A stretch of DNA of 64,000 nt from contig NC_090325.1 in assembly GCF_035084215.1 (NCBI RefSeq), positions 96,906,001 through 96,970,000 on the forward strand. The letters run 5' to 3'. The notes below the pieces were generated by a model that ran no database searches, was not told where the DNA came from, and was given only the letters and a program-made list of their open reading frames with translations. A program made the position numbers and the translations under genes. Source of the DNA: Heptranchias perlo (taxonomy: Eukaryota). Below are positions 37,561 to 50,140 of the stretch, one piece after another (positions within the stretch are counted from its first letter, which is position 1; every line of letters begins with the position of its first letter).

Positions 37561-39493
37561 AACAGACAGGCTTCATTTACATCCCGCTGGCCAGCTGCCC
37601 GCACGAAATGGACGTAAAGAGACAATCCGTAGGCTGCCGGCACTCAGGTAAGTTGCGGGAGTGAGGTGTAGTCGGCAGAGTTTAGTGGGTGGGTGAGGGG
37701 GGGGTTGGTGGTGTGGAGCCTCTTGCCCCTCCTAGCTCAACAAAGATAAGTTTAAACATATCCTTTAGAGCCTCTGCTTCTTCCCCGTGAGTTTTTACGA
37801 AGAGGGGCGCCCTGTTTAGTAAGCCGTTAAAATGCCGTTTAGTCCTATGTACGTCATAGAACTACGATTAGCATATATTAATGAGGTTGTTGCCCGACTC
37901 AGGTGGATGCCTTTGCTGGTGGCAAAAACAACAGGGTTAAACCTGCTAAAGGACGGGAATGGAGCAGCAAATAGAGCTGCTCAATTTTAACTGCCATGCG
38001 ACAAGGTTTCCCCCCATAGAGAAAAATTGAACACTCCTGCAAGGGTGTTAAAAAAGTGCAAAATGTTAACTTCTATTTAACACATTGCCTGTGCTCCAAG
38101 AGTAAATCCACCCCCAAAGTGAGATGTGAGACTTTTATCCATTCACTGAATACCATGAAGACTGCTAAGCTTCAAATAGCAATTACCATTACCTTGTTAA
38201 TGGGCTCTGCTACCATAAATTGGACTGCAATGCAAATAACTGATAATTCTGTACCAATTAGCAAGATCTCTAGTGACTAAGTTCTGTTAAATATTCCGAC
38301 AAGCACATTTATTGCACTGATGGGATTAGAGAATAGCATTATAGGTGACACTTAATGAGGCCTGAATTGAAATTCTGAAGATGTATTTTACTGCCATATA
38401 ACTCGTGCTATATTATATTTTGAAGAATTAAAAGTTTTTATTTGAATTGCATAAAGATGTCAAGCCTTCTAACTTTTATAATTTTAATGTAATTCTGTAC
38501 AAAATATATATTTTAAACAACATTATTGTGATTTACAGGTTTAAATTAAAGCTGTGTTGCTCAGCATAATTGCTAAAAGTACACTTTACATGTCATGGGT
38601 TTATTTAATAAATAATGTTAATATCACTCATGTGGTGAATTAATTTTTAAGAAATAAAATGATCATAAAATAGTCACTTTTTGGCTGCCATTTTACAGGT
38701 GACCCTATTACATAAGTACAGTTATTTTTACATGGTTGTCTTAGTTCAGAATAAAAAATATCAAGCAATGAATTAGACAGCTACGGTTATATTTTAACTC
38801 TATGACTCAACATAAAAATAAATCAGAGCTTATTGAATTAAAATGCACTATTACAATTTATTTTCTCTAAGTGGCAGACCTGTGTTTAATTCCACATAGC
38901 ATGGCATCCTAGCTTCAATTTTTTAAAAAGTAGATAATAGTTTTCCTTGATGCTGAGTCACAGAGCTATAGTATCTTCCTACGTCCATTTCTCAGTACTG
39001 AAATACTTATATTGTCTTTGTGAATTTATTTTTTCATCCTTACTAAAGGGATTGAGGTGGCTACTATATGTAGGGAAACATAAGAGCCATCATATATGAC
39101 CTATGGAGGAGGAATAAGGCACCACCTGTCATAATTTAAATAATTTATTTTATTTAAACAGAGTGCTGATTGGGGAACTGTAGATTCCAAAATTTATTCC
39201 AGTCACAAATAAAGCCTTGAGCTATATGTAGTGAATCTCTAAATGCATTTGTGAAGAATAGGTTATGATTTCTATATACATACTAGACATACAAAATCTC
39301 CCCTCAGGATTAATATACATGAGCAGATTGAATGTTGAACTCAAAATGACCCCAAATTGGACCAGTGCAGGTAATTGGGCCTCTATGGACCTTTTGGTGA
39401 GCAGCAAGGAATTACTATCAGTGGTTGGTCAACCTATTTTTCAATTGGTGCCACTGATAGTAATCAGTAGATTGAAACATTTAAACGACTGTT

Positions 39494-40650
39494 CATAGAA
39501 ACATAGAAACATAGAAAATAGGAGCAAAAGTAGGCCATTCGGCCCTTCGTGCCTGCTACGCCATTCAAAATGATCATGGCTGATCGTCTAACTCAGTACC
39601 CTGTTCCCGCTTTTTCCCCATCTCACTTGATCCCTTTAGCGTTAAGAAATATATCTGTCTCCTTCTTGAATACATCTAATGACTTGGCCTCCACTGCCTT
39701 CTGTGGTAGAGAATTCCACAGGTTCACCACCCTCTGAGTGAAGAAATTTCTCCTCATCTCGGTTCTAAATGGCATACCCCGTATCCTGAGTCTGTGACCC
39801 CTGTTTCTGGACTCCCCAGCCATCGGGAACATCCGTCCTGTATCTAGTCTGTCTAGTCCTGTTAGAATTTTATATGTTTCGATGAGATCACCTCTCATTC
39901 TTCTAAATTCTAGTGAATATAGGCCCAGTCGACCCAATCTCTCCTCATACGTCCATCCTGCCATCCCAGGAATCAGTCTGGTAAACCTTTGTTGCACTCC
40001 CTCCATGACAAGTACATCCTTCCTCAGATAAGGAGACCAAAACTGCACATAATACTCCAGATGTGGTCTCACCAAGGCCCTGTATAACTGCAGTAAGACA
40101 TTCCTGCTCCTGTACTCAAATCCTCTTGCAATGAAGGCCAACATACCATTCGCCTTCCTAACTGCTTGCTGCACCTGAATGCTCGCTTTCAGCGACAGGT
40201 GTACAAGGACACCCAGGTCTCGTTGTACCTCCCCTTTTCCCAATCTATCACCATTCCAATAATAATATTCATTTCTGTTTTTACAACCAAAGTGGATAAC
40301 CTCACATTTATCCACGTTATACTGCATGTGCCATGTTCTTACCCAATCACCCAACCTATCTAAATCACATTTGAGCCTCTTTGCATCCTCCTCACAGCTC
40401 ACATTCTACCCCAGCTTTGTGTCGTCTGCAAACTTGGAAATGTTACATTTAGTTCCCTCATTCAAATCATTGATATATATTGTGAATAGCTGGGGCCCGA
40501 GCACTGATCCCTGCGGTACCCCAATAGGCACTGCCTGCCACCCGGAAAAAGACCCGTTTATTCCTACTCTCTGTTTCCTGTCTGTCAACCAATTCTCAAT
40601 CCATGCCAGTATATTCCCCCCAATCCCATGTGCTTTAATTTTGCACACTA
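39494..40650 (-). mobile_element. CR1 LINE, 5'-truncated, relatively young
   Basis: [19 protein letters not shown], 259-aa C-terminal ORF, one frameshift near 40403, and a (ctatgttt)n tail. Confidence 0.95.
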
Positions 40651-41514
40651 AACGATGACAGAAACGGTGTTATCGTACATATACTTAATATGCTGATGTG
40701 AAGTTTCCTTCTCCGCTCTCTTGAGGAAAGTCTCATCCATTTATTTTAACTCAATTATTTTAATTTAAACAAGTTAATGCCTCTGTTAAAATAGTAGAGA
40801 GATGAATTCACTAGAACGCATTGTTCATGAAATAATATCACTGATGGTAATTTTCAGGTATAGTCCCCACTGTTTATAGCAGTCACGTTTGTGCGAACAT
40901 GATTTGCCCACTATACGCGATGGCCAGTATAAGCTGACGGCTGAGATCCTGGACGTGGCCGGCAATGACAAGAAATCCGTAACAGCAATTAAAAGTTGCA
41001 CATGGTAGGTGAAAGAAAGTAATTTTGTACAGCGCCCTCCTCCGCCCGAAGGTGCAGGCACAGTATTTTCTATTCGCCTCCAAAAGTAATTTTCCAGATA
41101 ATTTGGAGCAAATAAAAATGCTAGGAATAACCATTGACAAATTCCTAAAGATGTGGATGTAAATGTAAATGTAAATCCCATTTGAAAGCAGAGACCATGC
41201 TATCTTCGAACACTTTTGCTATTGTAGCATGAATGCCTTTTCTGAGTTTTACTCAGTTGATTTACCAAAGTCAACCTTGTCTCTGTACCCACCCTATGCC
41301 TAAATAGAGAGATAGTAACCTTGACTTGCTGTCAGTGTCCCATCACAAGTGTGAGACCTGTTTTTCTTTTAAGGCAGTGCTGCACCATTAAGGGAATTAC
41401 ACAGCTACTCACTTGATGTTCGTTATCAACCTGACCAGGATTGTAAAGAAATCGCACTTTCACGACATGCGGCACCTTTGTGATTGACGCTTACGGTAAT
41501 GACAAATGGTTAGC

Positions 41515-41750
41515 ACCATTTGCCCGATATAGACGACTGGAATAAGCGGGGATAAGTGGTGGGGACTGTACGACAAATTTAAAGGGAACCTTCATGCATA
41601 CCTGAGGGAGAAGGAAATAGAGGGTTATGGGAACAGGGCGGAAAAATGTAATTAGAATGGGAGGAGGCTCGTGTGGAGTGTAACCACCGGCAAGGACCAG
41701 TTGGGCCAAAAGGCCTGTTTCTGTGCTGTAGAGTCTATGTAATTCTATGC
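41515..41750 (+). mobile_element. CR1 3' tail fragment
   Basis: tttaaaggga..ct..at.catacctgagggag...gggccaaaaggcctgtttctgtgctgta...ctatg, a CR1 3'UTR pattern. Confidence 0.7.
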
Positions 41751-43394
41751 AAATTTAAAAAAAGAAAAAAAATTCTGAAATTAAAGATACTGGGGCCAAT
41801 TTTCATCTTGCTACTGTGTCATATTTTGGTGTAAACAGGACAGTAGCGGGACAAAAATCCATCCCACAAAAATAATCACCGACCTACTGCGGAGGACCAC
41901 CCATTTCAATTTTCAGAAGGACCTAAATTTAGGTGGCCAACGCTCCTGTCGGTTACATGTCTTATTAAAATATTTAAATAGGGGTCAGATGACACAGTTA
42001 GGACCCCAGTATGATTTTGGTGTCAGTCTGTGCTGCCATCACTATTTTCTCAAGCCGCCTCTTATGACTTTCTTCGTATCGCTTTGCTGCTTTTTATTGC
42101 TCTCCCAATCTGCTGGATTTTCACTTTTCCCTGCATTTATGTAAGCCTTTTCCTTTAGCTTGATACTATCAATAACTTCATCTGTTGACCGTGGTTGCTT
42201 AATTGCACCATTGGCTGGAGGAGGTAACAGAGATAGGAGAGGGGTAAGGCCATGCGAGGATGAGGATTTTGAGGTATTGGGGGACTGGGAGCGAATGTAG
42301 AATAACAAAGACAGAGGTTATCATTCCCTGGGTCTGGGTTCTGGCAGTGTCAGTGCAGCAATGTCACTGGGAGGATAATCCTGCCCTTGTATTAGTTGCA
42401 ACAGTGTAAAAGTAGCTCAACACATTTGCAAGCCCCAAGCATAGGCATGAATGCACAACTTATGCATTGCACTTTACCGTATATTGTGCTTATAAGGCTA
42501 ATTTGTGTATCCTTGTATATCAGCGCCATTTTTGGAAGTATCCCATATTCTGTATTGGCTGGATGTGGTGGTGCATTGACACATTCACACCAATGTGAAT
42601 GAAGTACTCCAACAGATTATGTAGCAATTTTATCAGAGAAATGTAAGTGTAAAGTAACAGTTTTCAATAACTTTGTTTATGCTGCTCTGAAGTGGCATAA
42701 ATAATGGAGTTCCATAAAAATGGCTGCCATTTTAAGGATTTCTGCTACTTTAAAATGATAGATGAGTACTGGTCGTAGAAACATTGTAATGCTGTGGAAA
42801 GAATTACATCCCTCAGGACTTACCAGATGTCACATCAGTTTCATAGAATAGTTTAATGTGGTGGTTTGAGGAAATTTGGATTTTAATAAGCAAATACTTT
42901 ATGACCTGTGTGAGGGGATAAAAGAGAATTTTCAATGAATTATGCACTGCTGGTACTACTGAAGATATCATCTTCTTTCATCAACTATCAGCCCTGATCT
43001 GAGTAATGTAGAGTGCCGGGAGCCTTACTCTGCACTTGCTCTATGCTAATTCTGACACAAGGGAGGAGATTTTGAGGCCTGCTGCCCAGCAAAACTTACC
43101 GGCAGTGTGGCTAATGCTATATTCTCAAGGCCCCGCCGCTAGGTGGCCAGAGTGCCCGCCTGAGTCAGGTGGTAGGCCCTTTTAATATTAAAAATCAGGG
43201 CCGTATGAGGTGGTCCAGCCAAAGAGGAGCCTAGAAGGTAAGTTTTAATTTATTTTTGAAGGGCCGGGAGGAACATGAGTGCTCCTCTAGGCTCCACAAA
43301 AACAACCTGGGCTGCTGCTACACCTGAGCAAATGAGTTGGAGGTGGGGCGGGACTTACGGCAGACTCACAGCAATCAAAGTCTATTTACTCGAC

Positions 43395-43482
43395 AGTCTA
43401 TTTAAACTGTGCACTACAGTAAACGGTCTACAGAGTCTATTTAAACTGTGCACTACAGCAAACGGTCTACAGAGTCTATTTA
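43395..43482. repeat. 39-bp tandem repeat (~2.3 copies)
   Basis: agtctatttaaactgtgcactacag(t/c)aaacggtctacag occurs twice, plus a partial copy. Confidence 0.9.
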
Positions 43483-43707
43483 CAAAGAGTCTCTACGAAC
43501 TACAGCAAACAGAACTCATGACCGAAAGCACAGCAACGTCTCCTGATAAAAGTACGGTGATTTCTCCAACAAAATGCCACGAGTGGAAGATAGTTACATA
43601 CAAATTATGTGTGTAAAATCAATCTCAGTCACTTACAGCAGTGCGGTCTCCAGGCATGATTCACAGGGGCATTAGTTACCCAATCGTCTCAATTTTGGCC
43701 TGGAATA

Positions 43708-46390
43708 AAATGTACTCTGGGTGGGGAACTTCAATGTCCATCAACAAGACTGGCTCGGTAGCACCACTACTGACCAAGCTGGTCGAGTCCTGAAAGACAT
43801 GACTGCCAGACTGGGCCTGCAGCAGGTAGTGAGCGAACCAACACGAGGGAAAAACTTACTTGACCTCGTCCTCACTAATCTACCTGTCGTAGATGCATCT
43901 GTCCATGACAGTATTGGAAGGAGTGACTACCATAGTCCTCATGGAGACGAAGTCCCGTCTTCGCACTGAGGACACCATCCAACGTGTTGTGTGGCACTAC
44001 CACCGTGCTAAATGGGATAGACTCAGAACAGATCTAGCAGCTCAAAACTGGGCATCCATAAGGCGCTGTGGGCCATCAGCAGCAGCAGAATTGTATTCCA
44101 GCACAATCTGTAACCTCATGGCCCAGCATAATCCTCACTCTACCATTACCAACAAGCCAGGGGATCAACCCTGGTTCAATGAGAAGTGTAGAAGAGCATG
44201 CCAGGAGCAGCACCAGGCGTACCTAAAAACGAGGTGCCAAACTAGTGAAGCTACAACTCAGGACTACATGCATGCTAAACAACGGAGGCAAAATGCTATA
44301 GACAAAGTTAAGTGATTCCACAAACAACGGATCAGATCAAAGCTCTGCAGTCCTGCCACATCCAGTCGTGAATGGTGGTGGACAATTAAACAACTAATGG
44401 GAGGTGGAAGCTCTGTAAACATCCCCATCCTCAATGATGGCTGAGTCCAGCACGTGTGTGCAAAAGACAAGGCTGCAAGCGTTTGCAACCATCTTCAGCC
44501 AGAAGTGCCGAGTGGATGATCCATCTTGGCCTCCTCCCGATGTCCCCACCATCACAGAAGCCAGTCTTCAGCCAATTCAATTCACTCCACGTGATATCAA
44601 GAAACGGCTGAGTGCACTGGATACAGCAAAGGCTATGGGCCCCGACAACATCCCGGCTGTAGTGCTGAAGACTTGTGCTCCAGATCTAGCCGCACCTCTA
44701 GCTAAACTGTTCCAGTACAGCTATAGCACTGGCATCGACCCGACAATGAGGAAAATTCCCCTGTATGTCCTGTCCACAAAAAGCAGGACAAATCCAATCC
44801 GGCCAATTATCACCCCATCAGTCTACTCTCAATCATCAGCAATGTGATGGAAGGTGTCGTCGACAGTGCTATCAAGCGGCACTTACTCACCAATAACCTG
44901 CTCACCGATGCTCAGTTTGGGTTCCGCCAGGACCACTCGGCTCCAGACCTCATTACAGCCTTGGTCCAAACATGGACAAAAGAGCAGAATTCCAGAGGTG
45001 AGGTGAGAGAGACTGCCCTTGATATTAAGGCAGCATTTGACCGAGTGTGGCACCAAGGAGCCCTAGTAAAATGGAAGTCAATGGGAATCAGGGGGAAAAC
45101 TCTCCAGTGGCTGGAGTCATACCCAGCGCACAGGAAGATGGTAGTGGTTATTGAAGCCAATCATCTCAGCCCTAGGACATTGCTGCAGGAGTTCCGCAGG
45201 GCAGTGTCCTAGGCCCAATCATCTTCAGCTGCATCATCAATAACCTTCCCTCCATTTTAAGGTCAGAAATGGGGATGTTCACTGATGATTGCACAGTGTT
45301 CAGTTCCATTCGCAACCCCTCAGATAATGAAGCCGTCCGTGCCGACATGCTGCAAGACCTGGACAACATCCAGGTTGGGCTGATAAGTGGCAAGTAATAT
45401 TCTTGCCAGACAAGTGCCAGGCAATGACCATTTCCAACAAGAGAAAGTCTAACCACCTCCGCTTGACATTCAATGGCATTACCATCACCGAATCCCCCAT
45501 CATCAACATCCTGGGGGTCACCATTGACGAGAAACTTAACTGGACCAGCCACATAAATACTGGGCTACAAGGGCAGGTAAGAGGCTAGTTATTCTATGGC
45601 AAGTGACTCACCTCCTGACTCCCCAAAGCCTTTCCATCATCTACAAGGCACAAGTCAGGAGTGTGATGGAATACTCTCCACTTGCCTGGATGAGTGCAGC
45701 TCCAACAACACTCAAGAAGCTCGACACCATCCAGGACAAAGCAGCCCGCTTGATTGGTACCCCATCCACCACCCTAAACATTCACTCCCTTCACCACCAG
45801 CACACTGTGGCTGCAGTGTGCACTATCCACAGGATGCATTGCAGCAACTCGCCAAGGCTTCTTCAACAGCACCTCCCAAACCCGCGAACTCTACCACCTA
45901 GAAGGACAAGGGCAGCAGGCACATGGGAACAACACCACCTGCACGTTCCCCTCCAAGTCACACACCATCCTGACTTGGAAATATATCGTCGTTCCTTCAT
46001 TGTTGCTGGGTCAAAATCCTGGAACTCCCTTCCTAACAGCACTTTGGGAGAACCTTCACCACACGAATGCAGCGGTTCAAGAAGGCAGCTCACCACCACC
46101 TTCTCAAGGGCAATTAGAAATGGGCAATAAATGCTGGCCTCGCCAGCGACGCCCATATCTCCAGAATGAATTTTTTTTAAAGATTCATATTTTTGCTATA
46201 AATAATAATAAAATCTTGTGCAGTAAAATCCTGGAACTCCCTTCCTAACAGCACTGTGGGAGAACCTTCACCACACGAATGCAGCGGTTCAAGAAAGTGG
46301 CTCACCATCTCCTTCTCAAGGACAATTAGGAATGGGCAATAAATGTTGGCCTCGCCACCGACGCCACATCCCATGAACGCATAAAAAAAT
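43708..46390 (+). mobile_element. LINE family A long copy with duplicated, chimeric 3' end
   Basis: Endonuclease (GNFNVHQQDWLGS, LLDLVLTN) through RT with several frameshifts. Two 3' tails are separated by 51 bp of non-LINE sequence. Confidence 0.95.
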
Positions 46391-46983
46391 AGTGGTTTCA
46401 CTATATGCAGCAGTTTCTCAAAATGGACAGGTCCTCCCACCAGCACTATTGGGCAGCTGTCTGGAACGCTACGCAAGCCGTCCGCACGGAGGCAAAATCT
46501 GTCGTAAATGACTTGTCATGATGTTGGATGAAAAAAATGGAAAACACACTTCATTCCTTAGCAATCAGAGTCCACATTGATGAGCACAAAAAAAAACCTT
46601 TTTGAACAGATCCATCTATAGAGAAATAAGATATCCCTTCAAAGACACCAACTATATCTTTCCCTATCGGGCCAATTTTCATGGCCATTACCTATGGGAA
46701 ACATTCCGTTTCCTGGGTATGAAGGTCAGGAACATGGGGTAGAGATGCAGCTTTCATAGCCCCAGGATTTCCTGGGCTTTCCCGTGGCGGGGGGAGGTGG
46801 CAGAGCTTGGCCTATGCCTGCAATGGGTGCAGAGTCAGCAATCCCATTTAAAACTGATAGGAGAGGGAGTTCCCTGTCTCCTGCCTCATTCTCTGAGTTT
46901 CCCAGTTGCTGGACACCCAGGGCAGGGACCCCAGAAAAGATTACACTCTGGGCTACCTTCAAACCTCTGCCAACTGGAGGATC

Positions 46984-47433
46984 CATAAGAACATAAGAAC
47001 ATAAGAAATAGGAGCAGGAGTAGGCCAATCGGCCCCTCGAGCCTGCTCCGCCATTCAATAAGATCATGGCTGATCTGATCCTAACCTCAAATCTAAATTC
47101 ATGTCCAATTTCCTGCCCGCTGCCCGTAACCCCTAATTCCCTTTACTTCTAGGAAACTGTCGATTTCTGTTTTAAATTTATTTAATGATGTAGCTTCCAC
47201 AGCTTCCTGGGGCAGCAAATTCCACAAACCGACTACCCTCTGAGTGAAGAAGTTTCTCCTCATCTCAGTTTTGAAAGAGCAGCCCCTTATTCGAAGATTA
47301 TGCCCCCTAGTTCTAGTTTCACCCATCCTTGGGAACATCCTCACCGCATCCACCCGATCAAGCCCTTTCACAATCTTATATGTTTCAATAAGATCGCCTC
47401 TCATTCTTCTGAACTCCAATGAGTAGAGTCCCA
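46984..47433 (-). mobile_element. CR1 3' fragment inserted in a GC-rich MITE-like element (~46670-47800)
   Basis: (ttcttatg)n tail and LYSLEFRRMRGDLIETYKI. Same subfamily tail as 5521-5975. Confidence 0.9.
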
Positions 47434-47859
47434 ATACCCATAGGGGTAGCAGGACCAAGCCATTGATTTTAAGGTCGGTCGCATTTATTGGGGTTTTATT
47501 TGGATAGCGCTGGCCTGGGAACGATCCCTGTGCTGGAACGGGTAGGTCTGAGGCCTCGTGGCTCATTTAAATTAGACAGGCAAGCTGCGGACGCCTGCTG
47601 CACCTCCCCAGTCAGCTCGCTGGTAAAGCGGATTTAAATTTCAGGCCATGCATCGCGGACAACGGCCCTCGGGTAGGTCCTGGGAGGGTGGGGGTCGGCG
47701 ATCCGGAGGGGTGAGGTAATTCAGAGGGGAGGAGGGGATCATGTTGCGGGAGACGATCGGGAGGAGGCCAAGCGGGGGCCGGCAACATCAACCAAAGTGA
47801 CCATCTGAATCTGGTTCTCACCTGATGTACACACACACACGTGCGCTCCTGGGTAATAA

Positions 47860-48050
47860 TCATGTGACTTGTGGATGATTTTCTTCCTCCTTACCCCAGT
47901 GGTGTTGATGCCTGCCATGGTGCCCCAACTGCTGCCCTGGCTGAGATCAGCTATCTCAGCACTAAATATAGACTGAAACTGAGACCTCCTGCTCTGTATG
48001 ACTTGATGCTACACTTGGTATTTCTTTCCACACTAGATCACTGAGGGACT
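47860..48050 (-). mobile_element. Degenerate SINE-like element
   Basis: Minus strand gtgctgagatagctgatctcagccagggcagcag resembles an old shark tRNA-SINE body. Recognised from memory only. Confidence 0.4.
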
Positions 48051-48823
48051 CTGGTAATGTAACTTCAAATGTATCTTCATCATCCAGGGCCCATATTTTC
48101 CCTGATCATTGCTAATACTGTCTCAAAATACCCACTTCTGACTACAGACACTATACCATTTGGTCATACTTCAAACCTGAAAGTAATTAGTGCCTCAGCT
48201 CAATCCTTGACCCCTAAAATGCCTAAACCACAATATCTGAAAATTGTTCCAATCATTTGCCCTGTTCATGTTTGCATGGATGGTGGCACGTGCGCATTAC
48301 TGCTCTTATCGCCATAGCCACCATTACTTCCGAAGCTTTTCAGCAGTGATTTGATTGAGATACTGATGTGACACCCTGAGATGCAGAAGATAAAGTGCTT
48401 AGTTTGCTGCGATATGATATTCATACAATGCTTAAGTCAAACCATACAGTACACAGAGTGCTGAAAACACAGATGTGTTATATAGGCTTAATTCCAAATA
48501 TTGTGAAAGCATCATATCACATTGTGCTGAGTGCTGCAGTCTATGTAGATAATGGTTTTAAACTGATTGAATGAAGAAAAATAAGCACTAGATTTTAGAA
48601 AGGAGTTTTCTTTGAGGCTTTTTTTCTTAGGTTTTACATCTCTGTTGCTCCACTGAAGGGTATTCCAGTATACTTGTAATTGGTCATATGTCTGGTTGCT
48701 GTGGAGACTTATTGATATGTTGCTTTGTGTAGCATCTTTAAAGAAGCAATAATATGCACTGGGAGGGGGGATATTTTTAGTTGTCTTGTGAAACATGGGA
48801 GTTAACAATTAGAATTAATAATA

Positions 48824-49010
48824 GGAGTCGGTTTTAACTGTTGTCACCAGACAGGAAACAGGCGACAGCTGGTTGGGTGCCTGTTTTACACCCATTCCGA
48901 TTTTCCTTTGCAATGATTTCAATGGAAGGAAAATCGAGCAGGATATAAAATGGGCAGCAGACCCACTGTCGTCTGTTTTCCACCCGATAGGACCAGTTAA
49001 AATCGACCCC
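48824..49010. mobile_element. 187-bp fully palindromic Harbinger-type MITE
   Basis: Ends ggagtcggttttaactg / cagttaaaatcgacccc, duplication ata...ata, symmetric around caatgatttcaatg. Confidence 0.85.
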
Positions 49011-49016
49011 ATACAT

Positions 49017-49520
49017 GGGGAGAAATTTAACCACCCCACCCGCTGGAAAGGGGGCTGGGGACCTTTAAAATGGATCATTCAGCCTTGCTGTTCCATTTCC
49101 ACTGGAATCCCACTGGCCACCTTTTTAACTGCTCACTGTAGTTTGGTGGCTGAAGCATCTGCGGGAAGCAAGAGGGAGCCTCATAGATTTATACAAATCG
49201 GGCCGCATTACATCAATGGGACCTTGATTGCATTTTAACTTGACCCTGAGCGAGGAAGCTGCCATGGCTTTCCCACCAGGTGAAGGCAGGTCTACAGCTG
49301 TTAGGAGGACAAAGAGGCCCTCCGAGGTAAGCGGAAATCTGGCGAGCCTCCCTTTGGTGCCAGCCTGAGCTGATGCTCCCCGCCCATTCTGGACAAGCAG
49401 CTAGCCAGCAGGATGCAGATGAGGCCCAAGAGTTAAAATACCTCAGGCCTTAAACTTAGGTATTTTGCACTTGTTTTGTTCCCTGCCCACCTAAAACCTG
49501 CTGGCATTAAAATCGACCCC
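49017..49520. mobile_element. Adjacent non-autonomous Harbinger-type element
   Basis: Ends ggggagaaatttaa / ttaaaatcgacccc. The right end is identical to that of the neighbouring MITE. Confidence 0.65.
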
Positions 49521-49828
49521 ATAGTTTTGTTCTATGTGTGGTCAGATTTGAAGGGCCAAAATCATTGTACAACACCTCTTACCGAATCAGTATCAGGCTA
49601 TTTTGTGCAAATATTTAGCTCTGCACTAATCCCTAGACTACAATTCTTGTGATTCAATTTAGTTCAAGTTCCCTTATGCTTCGGTCTTGTTTAGTCCTGT
49701 CAGTGAAAATACAAAAAAATCTCATGTTTCTAGACTGTAACTGCTGCAAGAACAATACATAAGTGATGCATTTAAAGTAAAAAAGCAATTCAACAACATA
49801 AATGGGGTAATTTCTAAGATAAATTCAT

Positions 49829-50140
49829 TTCTTCGACAGCACCTCTCAAACCCGCGACCTCCACCACCTAGAAGGACAAGGGCAGCAGGTGCATGGGAAC
49901 ACCATCACCTCCAAGTTCCCCTCCAAGTCACACACCATCCCGACTTGGAAATATATCGCCGTTCCTTCATTGTTGCTGGGTCAAAATCCTGGAACTCCCT
50001 TCCTAACAGCATTGTGGGAGTAGCTACATCGCATGGATTGCAGCGGTTCAAGAAGACCATCTTCTCAAGGGCAACTAGAAATGGGCAATAAATGCTGGCC
50101 CTTCCAGCGACGCCCATATCTCCAGAATGAATTTTTTTTT
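49829..50140 (+). mobile_element. LINE family A short 3' fragment
   Basis: cagcacctctcaaacccgcgacc...gggcaataaatgctggcc...tail. Confidence 0.9.
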
